From NCBI GenBank assembly GCA_024655825.1, contig JANLFJ010000004.1:15158-79157 (forward strand): a stretch of DNA of 64,000 nt. The letters are read 5' to 3'. The DNA comes from Peptococcaceae bacterium (GTDB taxonomy: Bacteria; Bacillota; Peptococcia; DRI-13; PHAD01). Positions 18,092-26,729 of this stretch are shown here, piece after piece (position 1 is the stretch's first letter; each line of letters starts with the position of its first letter). The notes under the pieces are model-generated. The model ran no database searches, was not told where the DNA came from, and saw only the letters and a list, made by a program, of their open reading frames with translations. A program made the position numbers and the translations under genes.

Positions 18092-18978
18092 GAACCACCC
18101 GCCGCCCCTGCCTTGACGTTACCGGTTTCCGCCGGCAAATACTGACTGCTGTCTATCACTTTCATGATTACAAACACTTCTTCCAGGCGGGAAAAATCAA
18201 CAAAAGGCTGAACCAGGGCATTCTTAACCACCCTGCTTGGATCAAGCGAGACCTCGACAATCGAACCGATGCGGATCCCGCCTGGATACAGCCCTCCCAA
18301 GCCTGAAGTGATAACCGTCTGGCCTTTTTCAAGAGGGATATCATGGGGCAGGTGGATCATCTGCAGGTAGTCGGACCTGCCCGTGCCCACTACCACACCT
18401 GGAGTCACCCGGCTTTCAAGGATCCTGGCCCCGACACCGCTTTCCGCATCGAGAATAAGCAGCACTTCAGCCGTATTGGACGTGGTATTGATAACGACGC
18501 CCACCAGTCCCTCGTGGGTAACTACAGCCATATTCCTTTCCACTCCCTGTTTTTTCCCCTTGTTTATGATCACGGTCTTGTACCAGTTTCCGGGATCGCG
18601 GCCGATGACCTTGGCCAGGGCCAATTCGTAGCCAGCTGCGGTTTCTTCCTGATAATTGAGAAGCGCGCGCAGGCGCTCGTTCTCCATCTCCTTTTCTTTG
18701 ATGGTGTTCACTTTTTCTTCAAGCGCGGCGATCTGTTTTTTCAGTTCCTCGTTTTCGCGGCGCAGCGCTTTATTATCGCCGAAATAAGCCAGCAGGTCGC
18801 TCACTCCGCCTCTCATTTTTGCTATGCCTTTTTCCAGGGGAGCAGCTGCTTCTCTCACTGCACGCGTAACAGGAAAAAGGATGGTTGTTTCCCATCCTGT
18901 CGCCTTCATTACACCAAAAAGCGCCAGCACCCCGAAAAGTAAAAGACCAGTCAACACGGCCCCTTTTTTAACGGCCAC
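18088..18978 (-). CDS. mreC: Rod shape-determining protein MreC
   Basis: 296 aa with a TM anchor, a coiled coil (ENEELKKQIAALEEKV) and beta-barrel domains. It lies downstream of mreB. Confidence 0.9.
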   Translation of the reverse strand: MAVKKGAVLTGLLLFGVLALFGVMKATGWETTILFPVTRAVREAAAPLEKGIAKMRGGVSDLLAYFGDNKALRRENEELKKQIAALEEKVNTIKEKEMENERLRALLNYQEETAAGYELALAKVIGRDPGNWYKTVIINKGKKQGVERNMAVVTHEGLVGVVINTTSNTAEVLLILDAESGVGARILESRVTPGVVVGTGRSDYLQMIHLPHDIPLEKGQTVITSGLGGLYPGGIRIGSIVEVSLDPSRVVKNALVQPFVDFSRLEEVFVIMKVIDSSQYLPAETGNVKAGAAGGS

Positions 18979-18988
18979 CAGTTCCCAC

Positions 18989-20014
18989 CTAACCTATTCT
19001 TTTATTAGGAATAAACAGCCTCTTCAAAGTATCAATGTTTTCCAAAGCTTTACCCGCGCCAACCGCTACCGCAGAAAGCGGCTCCTCCGTCAAAAAAACC
19101 GGCATTCCAGTCTCACGGCTGATAAGAGTATCTAAACCTTTTAAAAGCGAACCGCCTCCCGCCATGACAATGCCGCGGTCCATAATGTCTGCCGACAGCT
19201 CGGGCGGCGACTTTTCCAGGCAAACCCTGATGGCTTCCAAAATAGCGCCCACCGGTTCCGACAGGGCTTCAGTTATTTCCTGGGAGTCGATGTTGATTAG
19301 CTTCGGCAAGCCTGAAACCATATCCCTGCCCCTCACCTGGTAGGTTTTTTTCTCGGCCAAATCCAGGGCGGACCCGATGTTGATCTTTATTTCCTCCGCT
19401 GTCCTTTCCCCAATCATCAGATTATAAGAACGCTTAATATAATTTATAATCGCCTCATCCATCTCATCCCCGCCGATGCGAATGCTCCTGCTGGTGACAA
19501 TGCCGCCCAGGGAAATAATGGCCACATCGGTGGTTCCTCCCCCGATATCAACAATCATGTTTCCGGTAGGTTCGTAAATGGGCAGGCCTGCTCCGATAGC
19601 CGCTGCCATGGGTTCTTCAATAAGGTAGGCTTCCCTGGCCCCTGCCTGGATAGCCGCTTCCTTGACGGCCCGTTCTTCCACCGTGGTCACGCCCGCCGGC
19701 ACACAGACGACAACCCGGGGGCGGTTCAGATAGTTCAAGTTCCTTTTAAGCGCTTTCCGGATAAAATAGCGGAGCATGGTGTGTGTAACGTCGAAATCGG
19801 CAATAACCCCGTCTTTCATGGGGCGAATAGCAACAATGTTTCCCGGTGTCCTGCCGATCATTGACTTGGCTTCGCTGCCAACAGCCAAAACCGAGCCGGT
19901 CTCTTTTTGAATGGCTACGACGGAAGGCTCGCTGAGCACAATCCCCTTGCCCTTGATATAGACGAGGGTATTGGCAGTACCCAAGTCAATTCCCAGATCT
20001 CTGCTGAAAAACAT
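18989..20014 (-). CDS. mreB: Rod shape-determining actin homolog MreB
   Basis: 341 aa with [24 protein letters not shown] and [12 protein letters not shown]. Confidence 0.96.
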   Translation of the reverse strand: MFFSRDLGIDLGTANTLVYIKGKGIVLSEPSVVAIQKETGSVLAVGSEAKSMIGRTPGNIVAIRPMKDGVIADFDVTHTMLRYFIRKALKRNLNYLNRPRVVVCVPAGVTTVEERAVKEAAIQAGAREAYLIEEPMAAAIGAGLPIYEPTGNMIVDIGGGTTDVAIISLGGIVTSRSIRIGGDEMDEAIINYIKRSYNLMIGERTAEEIKINIGSALDLAEKKTYQVRGRDMVSGLPKLINIDSQEITEALSEPVGAILEAIRVCLEKSPPELSADIMDRGIVMAGGGSLLKGLDTLISRETGMPVFLTEEPLSAVAVGAGKALENIDTLKRLFIPNKRIG

Positions 20015-20063
20015 TGATGTCGAAGTCCCCTTCCTAAATTTGGAATTATGCTAATAGTTTAAC

Positions 20064-20735
20064 CTAAATATAACCTTTTTCTTTCATGCTTAAAAAATTA
20101 TTGTGCCCGATGATCAGGTGGTCAATGATCTCGATTCCCAGAAGGCTGCCGGCTTCGCACAGGCGCCGTGTTATTTCCAGGTCTTCCTGGCTCGGCCTGG
20201 TGTCGCCGCTGGGATGGTTGTGCACAAGAATCAAGCTTGACGCGCTTCTTTTAAGAGGAAGCTTGAACACTTCCCGGGGATGAACCAGGGAAGAGTTTAA
20301 GCTGCCCACGGAAACCGTGTCGATAACCATCACCCGGTTTTTAGTGTTCAGGTTGATAACCTTAAAATGCTCCCTGTCCAGATATGACATTTCACCCATT
20401 ACAAGACCTGCCGCATCTTGCGGTGAATGAACGACCGGCTGGGGACCCATGCTTTGCCTGGCCAAACGTTTGCTTAATTCCACCGCCGCTTTCAACTGAG
20501 CGGCTTTGGCCAGTCCCATACCTCGCTGGAAACTCAGTTCCTCGGTGCTGGCTCTGGCAAGATAGGTCAAGCCGCCGTTAGTGAGGATGTCCTGAGCCAT
20601 CTCCAGGGCTGAACGGTCTTTCGTCCCGGTCCTGAGCAAAATGGCCACAAGTTCTTGGTCCGACAGGGCTTCAGGCCCCAGCATCAGGAGCTTTTCGCGC
20701 GGCCTTGTTTCAGCAGGATAATCCTTGATTGCCAT
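20064..20735 (-). CDS. radC: RadC-family JAB/MPN-domain protein
   Basis: Start set at MAIKDYPAETRPREKLL (ATG 20735). The JAMM motif VHNHPSGD is present. The position matches the conserved maf-radC-mreB order. Confidence 0.9.
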   Translation of the reverse strand: MAIKDYPAETRPREKLLMLGPEALSDQELVAILLRTGTKDRSALEMAQDILTNGGLTYLARASTEELSFQRGMGLAKAAQLKAAVELSKRLARQSMGPQPVVHSPQDAAGLVMGEMSYLDREHFKVINLNTKNRVMVIDTVSVGSLNSSLVHPREVFKLPLKRSASSLILVHNHPSGDTRPSQEDLEITRRLCEAGSLLGIEIIDHLIIGHNNFLSMKEKGYI

Positions 20736-20773
20736 ACGGGTTTCCTTGATTATTGTTTTTTTATTCTTTTTAT

Positions 20774-21373
20774 TCAACCAGCCGATACCCCCAGGACGGG
20801 AATCCCGCAATTGCGAAGAAGATACATGGTCTTGACCAGCGGAAGCCCCACAACATTGTAATAACATCCCTCAATTCTTTCCACCAAAAGTGCTCCCAGG
20901 CCCTGTATCCCATAGGCGCCGGCTTTGTCCAGCGGTTCTCCGCTGTTTACATAAGCCTGTATTTCCCGGGAAGTGAGATGGCGGAAAAATACGCTGGTTA
21001 CTTCCACGTCCTGGTAAACGTCAACATGACCGGAACCGCTGTTTTCCGAATGGTCCACCACACAAATGCCGGTCATAACCTGGTGAACACGGCCGGAAAG
21101 GAAGGCCAGCATTTCCGCCGCTTCCTGCGCGTCCTGCGGCTTTCCCAGGACCCTGTTTCCCAAAACTACCAGTGTATCGGCGGCCAGGACAACATCGCCT
21201 TTGCCGGCCGGCGCAGCCAGCGCTTTAATTCTGGAAAGCTCCTGAACCCACTCCTGATAAGGAGCACAGGGCTCACCTTCCTCTACCCTTCCCGGGGCAA
21301 CGCTGTAGGCAAGACCTAGCCGGTCAAGCAGTTCAGCCCTTCTCGGCGAGCCTGATGCCAGGATTAAAGTCAT
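20774..21373 (-). CDS. maf: Maf-family nucleoside triphosphate pyrophosphatase
   Basis: 199 aa with MTLILASGSPRRAELL and KAGAYGIQG. Confidence 0.92.
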   Translation of the reverse strand: MTLILASGSPRRAELLDRLGLAYSVAPGRVEEGEPCAPYQEWVQELSRIKALAAPAGKGDVVLAADTLVVLGNRVLGKPQDAQEAAEMLAFLSGRVHQVMTGICVVDHSENSGSGHVDVYQDVEVTSVFFRHLTSREIQAYVNSGEPLDKAGAYGIQGLGALLVERIEGCYYNVVGLPLVKTMYLLRNCGIPVLGVSAG

Positions 21374-21398
21374 TTATTATCGATACCTCCAGGATGGA

Positions 21399-21659
21399 TC
21401 AGAGCTTAAAATAAACAACCAGGGCTAAGAGAAAACCGATTATGCTAGCCACGTTCAACTTCAACAAAAGGCCGAAGGTCACTTTTATCACCAGCAGGTC
21501 AACAGTGGTAGGAGCCAACCCAACAGCCTGAAAACTCTGGTTCAAAACAGGCAGAACTCCGCCAAAGGCGGCACCCAGCAGGCTGCCAACCAGCCCGCCG
21601 ATAACTAAAAGCATCAATAAAACCCAAGGGTTCCTCGGGGCATTATATCCTTTCAACAA
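21399..21659 (-). CDS. Small membrane protein (DUF4321-like)
   Basis: 86 aa with two TM segments. Its pattern (NPWVLLMLLVIGGLVGSLLG...GLAPTTVDL...KLNVASIIG) matches my memory of DUF4321. Confidence 0.6.
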   Translation of the reverse strand: MLKGYNAPRNPWVLLMLLVIGGLVGSLLGAAFGGVLPVLNQSFQAVGLAPTTVDLLVIKVTFGLLLKLNVASIIGFLLALVVYFKL

Positions 21660-21728
21660 TTAAGCCTCCTTCTCTTGGTCATCTTATCTCAGTTTAGCAC
21701 TCGCCGTTAACACAAACAAGCAAGATAA

Positions 21729-22289
21729 TCATGCTAAATCATGGAAAGCTCTCAACACTTCTTTCTCTTTCTCCTTTAAAAAATCCTGCAACCAGTTCAG
21801 GATTTCCGGGTGATTAAGCGGCAGCCCCTCCAGGGCTTCCCTGATTTCAGCGGTATCCAAGCAAAAACTCCTGCCGTCAAATTCATGGCAGTAATAAAAA
21901 TCAACATGCGGCGAGCCTTGGATAAGCGCCGTCAGGGTCGACGGCATATCTCCCAGGGGCGCCCTGTCAATATGGTTCCACTGAAACAGGGCGGAAACGA
22001 CTGTCCCGCTCCCGGGCTGGGAAATTATAGTGAAGCTTCCCCCGCATGCCAGCGCGTTGGCTTTAAGCAGCGAAAGTCCCAACCCTACCCGGCGCGTTTT
22101 TCTCGTAGTGTAAAAAGGGTCCGCGGCCTTTTTCGCTTCCTCTTCATCCATCCCGCGGCCGTTGTCTTTAATCTCCATGTGCAGCCAGTTCTTGCGGGTG
22201 TCTTCCCGGACTGTTATTTCAACCCTCGTCGCCCCGGCTTCCAGGGAATTCCGGGCAATATCAAGTATATGCAGGGAAAGCTCGCGCAT
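21729..22289 (-). CDS. GHKL-type (histidine-kinase-like) ATPase-domain protein without a sensor or DHp domain
   Basis: 186 aa. It has an N-box-like LHILDIARNSLEAGA, a G1 box DNGRGMD and a G2-like GLGLSLL. Confidence 0.7.
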   Translation of the reverse strand: MRELSLHILDIARNSLEAGATRVEITVREDTRKNWLHMEIKDNGRGMDEEEAKKAADPFYTTRKTRRVGLGLSLLKANALACGGSFTIISQPGSGTVVSALFQWNHIDRAPLGDMPSTLTALIQGSPHVDFYYCHEFDGRSFCLDTAEIREALEGLPLNHPEILNWLQDFLKEKEKEVLRAFHDLA

Positions 22290-22304
22290 GTTTCCTCCAA
22301 ATCA

Positions 22305-23045
22305 CTATACCGTGGTGCGGATATAACGCCCGTCCTTACCCTTCAAGGCTTTTTTGATCTCTCCCACCGTGCACTCCGCCATAAAGGCAAAACACCGGGG
22401 AAAGGTCATGTCTGCCAGGTAGTGGGCATCAGATGAGACAACGCACGTCAATCTTCGCTCTTGCAGCTCCTTCAACAGCAGCGGGCTGCGCGGAAGACGA
22501 GGCGTAAGTTCGCCTCCATCCAGCGCGAGGTCTGGGGGTATTTTCCCCAGGTGCCCCCACAGGCTGAATGCTTGCCTGTCAAGATGGGAAGCGATGCAAA
22601 TTCCTCCCAGCCTGTGAACCTCATCAACCGCCTTTTCAACCGAAAGATCGGTTCCGACCAGCAGCAGCCGTTCTAACCAGCCTGTCCTGTTCCCTTCCTT
22701 GTCGACAAGGACCTGCTCTCCCAGGCCACACTTGTTTGCCAAGGGAGGCAGCTTGTCGTAAACGGTTTCCTGCAGGTCCAGTACCTGCCCAAGGCGATCA
22801 AAAAGGCAGACCAGGTGGACATCCTCTCTGGTTTGCAGTTCCATGCCCGGGATTACTATTATTCCTTTTTCCCGTCCTTTTTCCATAAAAGCAACGACAT
22901 TTTCCGCTGTATTATGGTCAGTGACCGCCAGGGCGTCATAACCAAGTGCAAGCGCCCTTTCCAGGACTGCGGGAGGGGTCATTTCTTCACCGCCGCATGG
23001 TGATAAGCACGAATGGAGATGAAGATCTATCGCCCATTCTTTCAT
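22305..23045 (-). CDS. PHP (polymerase/histidinol phosphatase) domain metal-dependent phosphoesterase
   Basis: 246 aa with IDLHLHSCLSPCG, AVTDHNT and VSSDAH. Confidence 0.75.
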   Translation of the reverse strand: MKEWAIDLHLHSCLSPCGGEEMTPPAVLERALALGYDALAVTDHNTAENVVAFMEKGREKGIIVIPGMELQTREDVHLVCLFDRLGQVLDLQETVYDKLPPLANKCGLGEQVLVDKEGNRTGWLERLLLVGTDLSVEKAVDEVHRLGGICIASHLDRQAFSLWGHLGKIPPDLALDGGELTPRLPRSPLLLKELQERRLTCVVSSDAHYLADMTFPRCFAFMAECTVGEIKKALKGKDGRYIRTTV

Positions 23046-23395
23046 TGCTGTTCCCTGCCCACTCCGCAGCCATAAAGGAGACAGGCCGTTTTATAGGCGC
23101 TCTCCCTGGTACTAAAAAGCGGAATTCCTTCTTGCTCCGCCTTTTTAAGAGTATCTTCCTGGGGAAGATGCCCTTCAACAATAATAACGCCAGCCAAATC
23201 CAGAAGCCGGGCCACCGCAACCACATTCATGCTGGTCTGTACCGTCAGCCACAGGTCTCCTTCCCTGGCCTGCGCCATCACATTGCTGAGCAGGTCCCCG
23301 ATATAGCAGCCCTTGATCTCGTTTTCGTAACTGCCCGGCAGCAAAAAGAGCGGGGTGAGTTTCAGTTCGGCAACGACCTTTCCTAGTTTCATCAC
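23042..23395 (-). CDS. DRTGG-domain protein
   Basis: 117 aa. It is a paralog of the upstream ORF (GDLLSNVMA / LLLTG-type pattern). It overlaps its neighbours by 4 nt on both sides. Confidence 0.65.
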   Translation of the reverse strand: MMKLGKVVAELKLTPLFLLPGSYENEIKGCYIGDLLSNVMAQAREGDLWLTVQTSMNVVAVARLLDLAGVIIVEGHLPQEDTLKKAEQEGIPLFSTRESAYKTACLLYGCGVGREQQ

Positions 23396-23739
23396 AATTC
23401 TTTCCTGCCCAGTCCCGCCTCAAAAAGAAGACCGCAGCATTCAAACATGGGATAATTTGTGGAAAGAAGCGGAATACCTTTAGATTGGGCCATTTCAATC
23501 ATTTCCCTGGACGGTTCTTTGCCCCGCACAAAGACAACACCGGCCAAGTCCAGCATCTCCGCCGTCCTGATCACCTGTGGATGGATCAGGCCGGTCAAAA
23601 GAAGGGTTTTTGCCCTGGTGAACGCCAGGACATCGCTCAACAGGTCAGCCCCGCACGCCGAAACAACCTCGATCTCGTCCAGGCTGCAGCTTGTATAAGA
23701 GACCCCGTTTATTATTCTCTTAATATCCGCCAGTTTCAT
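23392..23739 (-). CDS. DRTGG-domain protein
   Basis: Start set at MKLADIK (ATG 23739, RBS GGCGGGGGG). It reads ADLLSDVLAFTRAKTLLLTGL and is DRTGG-like. Confidence 0.65.
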   Translation of the reverse strand: MKLADIKRIINGVSYTSCSLDEIEVVSACGADLLSDVLAFTRAKTLLLTGLIHPQVIRTAEMLDLAGVVFVRGKEPSREMIEMAQSKGIPLLSTNYPMFECCGLLFEAGLGRKEL

Positions 23740-23809
23740 ATTCATTCCCCCCGCCGTTATCTCCGGTCCACTCAACAAATGATTTTATATTAACCCATTA
23801 TTATTATAA

Positions 23810-23836
23810 ATAAAAAACCCGGCCTTCGCACGGGTT
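23810..23836 (-). terminator. Intrinsic terminator after rex
   Basis: The minus strand reads AACCCGTGCGAAGGCCGGGTT followed by TTTTTTA. The hairpin overlaps the rex stop codon. Confidence 0.75.
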
Positions 23837-24464
23837 ACTTGTTGGCAACCATATTAAAGGTCAGCACCTCAAGGTTTACGGCCAGGTCAACACTCCGGTA
23901 TTCAACGTGACTGGGAACAGAGAGCACCCGTGGGGCAAAATTAAGTATTGCCTTGATGCCGGCTCCCACCATCACATCCACCACTTCCTGGGCATGCCTC
24001 GCCGGAACGGCTATAATCCCCACTTGAACGTTCTCCCTTTTGATGAATTCCGCCAGCCTGGTGGTGGGAAGAATTGGAATACCGCCGATCATCAACCCGA
24101 CCTTGTTAACATCGTTGTCAAACACCGCCATGATGTTAAAACCTCTCTCCTGGAAGCCCCTGTATTGAGTAAGGGCCGAACCAAGGTTGCCGGCTCCGGC
24201 TATGATGACTTTCCACTCGACGTCAAGCCCTAAAATTTTTACAATGTGACGGTTCAATTCCTTGACATTATAACCCACGCCGCGCGTGCCGAACTCTCCG
24301 AAGTAAGCCAGGTCTTTTCTTACCTGGGCCGGGGAGTTATTCACTCCCTCCGCAATATCTACCGAAGAAACGGTTGTGACGCCGTTTTTCTCAAGCTGGT
24401 TAAGATAGCGAGAATATACCGACAGCCTGATGATGGCTGCTTCGGGTATCTTTAACGCTTTCAA
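23835..24464 (-). CDS. rex: Redox-sensing transcriptional repressor Rex
   Basis: TTG start at 24464, preceded by GAGGGGGGTGGAGG. It reads (L)KALKIPEAAIIRLSVYSRYL...AYFGEFGTRGVGYNV, with the Rossmann motif IIAGAGNLGSAL. The 279-aa track ORF is an N-terminal over-extension. Confidence 0.9.
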   Translation of the reverse strand: MKALKIPEAAIIRLSVYSRYLNQLEKNGVTTVSSVDIAEGVNNSPAQVRKDLAYFGEFGTRGVGYNVKELNRHIVKILGLDVEWKVIIAGAGNLGSALTQYRGFQERGFNIMAVFDNDVNKVGLMIGGIPILPTTRLAEFIKRENVQVGIIAVPARHAQEVVDVMVGAGIKAILNFAPRVLSVPSHVEYRSVDLAVNLEVLTFNMVANK

Positions 24465-24553
24465 GCCTCCACCCCCCTCTTTCTCTGAAAAATTATAACA
24501 CACCCCTTTAAAACAGTACAGGATTCGTTTGCGGCAGGTCAAGATTAAGACGC

Positions 24554-25366
24554 TCAGTTCGATTCGGCCATAAAAGAGTGATAGTCCTCCAGGAGGGCTA
24601 ATGCCTGCTGCTGGCTGATCAACATCTGTGTTCCCTGCCATGTTTCTTCCAGCTTGAGCAGGCTGGCGGCCCAATTTTCACAGCGACCCGCAAGGATCAA
24701 AACACCCGCGGAATAAGCCGACTGCTTATTTTCCCCGGCAATCGACCGGCCTTTCCTTCCTAGTTCTTCCAATTCCCGGGCCAGCAACCCGAACCTTGGT
24801 CTATGCTCTTTCATGTTTTCGCCCTCGATGTCCACGTTGGAATAAAGCAAAAGCCCCTTATGCAAACAGGTGCTGAGCCGGCCCAAAAAAGGGGCAATGT
24901 CTTCCTCGGCTTCCTTATCCCCGGCCGTGAATTTGAAAGATACGGAATTGACCTGACCTTGCACGACAGCAGCTTTGCTGCCGTCAACCGTAATACTCTC
25001 CGCAAGGCCGAGAAGCTTTTCCCTGTTGTTAAGAAATCCTACCAGCACACGGCAGGGAGACTGCCCCGCAATCACAGCAGGCAGTCCTTTTCGGGCCAAA
25101 GAATTCCCCAGTAAGAGGGCTGTTTCCCTGCTGGAGAAAGCCCCGGCCTGCACGCTGTAATAATCAAATTGGTTAAGCCGCAGGACTTTCTTTTTTTTAG
25201 TACCCTCCCGCCAAGAAGGTGTTATCCCCTCCAGCCCGTTCTCTCCGGCACTGCCCCGGCTGATATTGCCCAGGTAAAAGCTGCCTAAGACCTGTCCAAA
25301 AAAAAGAGAAGCCGCAATAACCAACAAGATAATCAAAACAACAGGTCTGCCCCTGCGGCGTTTCAA
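24554..25366 (-). CDS. Membrane-anchored SPOR-domain (peptidoglycan-binding) protein
   Basis: 270 aa with a TM anchor (VVLIILLVIAASLFF). The SPOR-like segment is YYSVQAGAFSSRETALLLGNSLARKGLPAVI. Confidence 0.7.
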   Translation of the reverse strand: MKRRRGRPVVLIILLVIAASLFFGQVLGSFYLGNISRGSAGENGLEGITPSWREGTKKKKVLRLNQFDYYSVQAGAFSSRETALLLGNSLARKGLPAVIAGQSPCRVLVGFLNNREKLLGLAESITVDGSKAAVVQGQVNSVSFKFTAGDKEAEEDIAPFLGRLSTCLHKGLLLYSNVDIEGENMKEHRPRFGLLARELEELGRKGRSIAGENKQSAYSAGVLILAGRCENWAASLLKLEETWQGTQMLISQQQALALLEDYHSFMAESN

Positions 25367-25423
25367 ACTAACACCCCCATCTCCCTTAAATCCTATGCAA
25401 AAGATGGGGCTGTTTAGAACAGT

Positions 25424-26722
25424 TCATTCAGCAGTAAGCAGGCGTCGCACCTCTCCAATCAGGTAAAGAGAACCGGTAACCAGAACGAGGTCGCCCGGCG
25501 CCGCCTGCCCAAGCGCAGCACTGATGGCCTCAGGAAGGGGTTCGATTATCTTTATCTTTTCCGCCTCTTTCCTGAAAAACGCCGCCATTTCCTTCCAGTC
25601 TCCCGCCCTGGATGACAGGGGTCTGGTGACAACAACCATGTCCACCAGGCCATCCAGGCAGGCTGCCGCTTTACGCCTGTCCTTGTCCGCCAGCATGCCG
25701 ATAACCAGGATAACCTTGCCCGCTCCCGGCCTGTTTTTTTCCAGCCAGCGGGAAACCGCTTCCATCCCTGCCGGGTTGTGAGCCCCGTCAATAACAACCA
25801 GCGGGTTTTTTCTCACAATTTCCAGCCGGCCGGGCCAGGTCACTGAAGACAGGCCGCCTTTTATCTCTTCCTTCGTAACGCTCCAGCCAAGCTCGTTTAA
25901 TACCTCCAGGGCCAAAAGCGCAGTGGCCGCATTGACCAGCTGGTGCTCGCCCTTTAAAGGTATGAATAGATCAGGAAATGAGTTTTTGCTGCTGTTGACG
26001 CAAAAATGCTGCCCCTCAAGATTCTCCTCCTTAAGCCGCCAGTTTATCTCCCGGTGGACCTCAAAAAGAGGCGCCGCTTTGTCACGGGCCTGGCGGCGCA
26101 AAACGGCCAGCGCCCGTCCATCGCTGCTGGCCGTAATCACGGGGCGCCGCTCTTTGATGATACCGCCTTTTTTTTCCGCAATTTGCTCGACCGTATCGCC
26201 CAGGTAATCTGTATGGTCGAGACTGACGTTGGTGATGATGGAAAGGAGCGGGCTTTTGACCACGTTGGTGGAGTCAATGTCTCCTCCCAATCCTACCTCA
26301 AGCAGCACAAGATCCGCCCTGCTGCGCAAAAAGTAAAGGAAAGCCATGGTGGTCAGGACCTCGAACTCCGTGGGGTTTTCGCCGGTCTCTTTTTGTACTT
26401 CCCGGAAAAAAGGCTTGACCGTATAAAGCAGGCTTGCAAACTCCTCTGCAGAGACTGGCTCCCCGTTAATGGCCATTCGCTCGGTATAAGAAACGAGGTG
26501 GGGAGACGTAAACGTCCCCACCCGGTATCCCGCCTGCCTTAGCGCCGCTGAGAGCAGGGCCAAAGTGGAACCCTTCCCGTTGGTCCCGCCTATATGAATG
26601 ACCGGCAGCGCGTCCTGGGGGTTATCGAACCTGGCCAGGAGACTCCTGATCCTTTCAAGTCCCAAATTGATGCCGAACCTGGTTAATTCGCCCAGCACTT
26701 CCAGCGCCTTCGCGTAATCCAT
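25424..26722 (-). CDS. folC: Bifunctional folylpolyglutamate synthase / dihydrofolate synthase
   Basis: 432 aa with the Mur-ligase P-loop HIGGTNGKGST. It lies directly downstream of valS, as in Bacillus. Confidence 0.92.
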   Translation of the reverse strand: MDYAKALEVLGELTRFGINLGLERIRSLLARFDNPQDALPVIHIGGTNGKGSTLALLSAALRQAGYRVGTFTSPHLVSYTERMAINGEPVSAEEFASLLYTVKPFFREVQKETGENPTEFEVLTTMAFLYFLRSRADLVLLEVGLGGDIDSTNVVKSPLLSIITNVSLDHTDYLGDTVEQIAEKKGGIIKERRPVITASSDGRALAVLRRQARDKAAPLFEVHREINWRLKEENLEGQHFCVNSSKNSFPDLFIPLKGEHQLVNAATALLALEVLNELGWSVTKEEIKGGLSSVTWPGRLEIVRKNPLVVIDGAHNPAGMEAVSRWLEKNRPGAGKVILVIGMLADKDRRKAAACLDGLVDMVVVTRPLSSRAGDWKEMAAFFRKEAEKIKIIEPLPEAISAALGQAAPGDLVLVTGSLYLIGEVRRLLTAE

Positions 26723-26729
26723 CGAATCT

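Noticed and set aside
23740-23834. Search for a Rex operator (TTGTGAA-N6-TTCACAA type) between rex and the DRTGG operon and upstream of rex (24465-24553).
   Set aside because: Only single degenerate half-sites were seen (TCAACAA, TGTGTTA) and no convincing palindrome. Rex control of the module therefore remains untested.
23835-24674. Long N-terminal extensions of track ORFs. These include Rex at 279 aa, RadC at 267 aa, the 545-aa PLP enzyme, the 641-aa B12 protein and the 164-aa carrier protein.
   Set aside because: Internal starts with good Shine-Dalgarno sequences give family-typical lengths and remove overlaps with the upstream genes.
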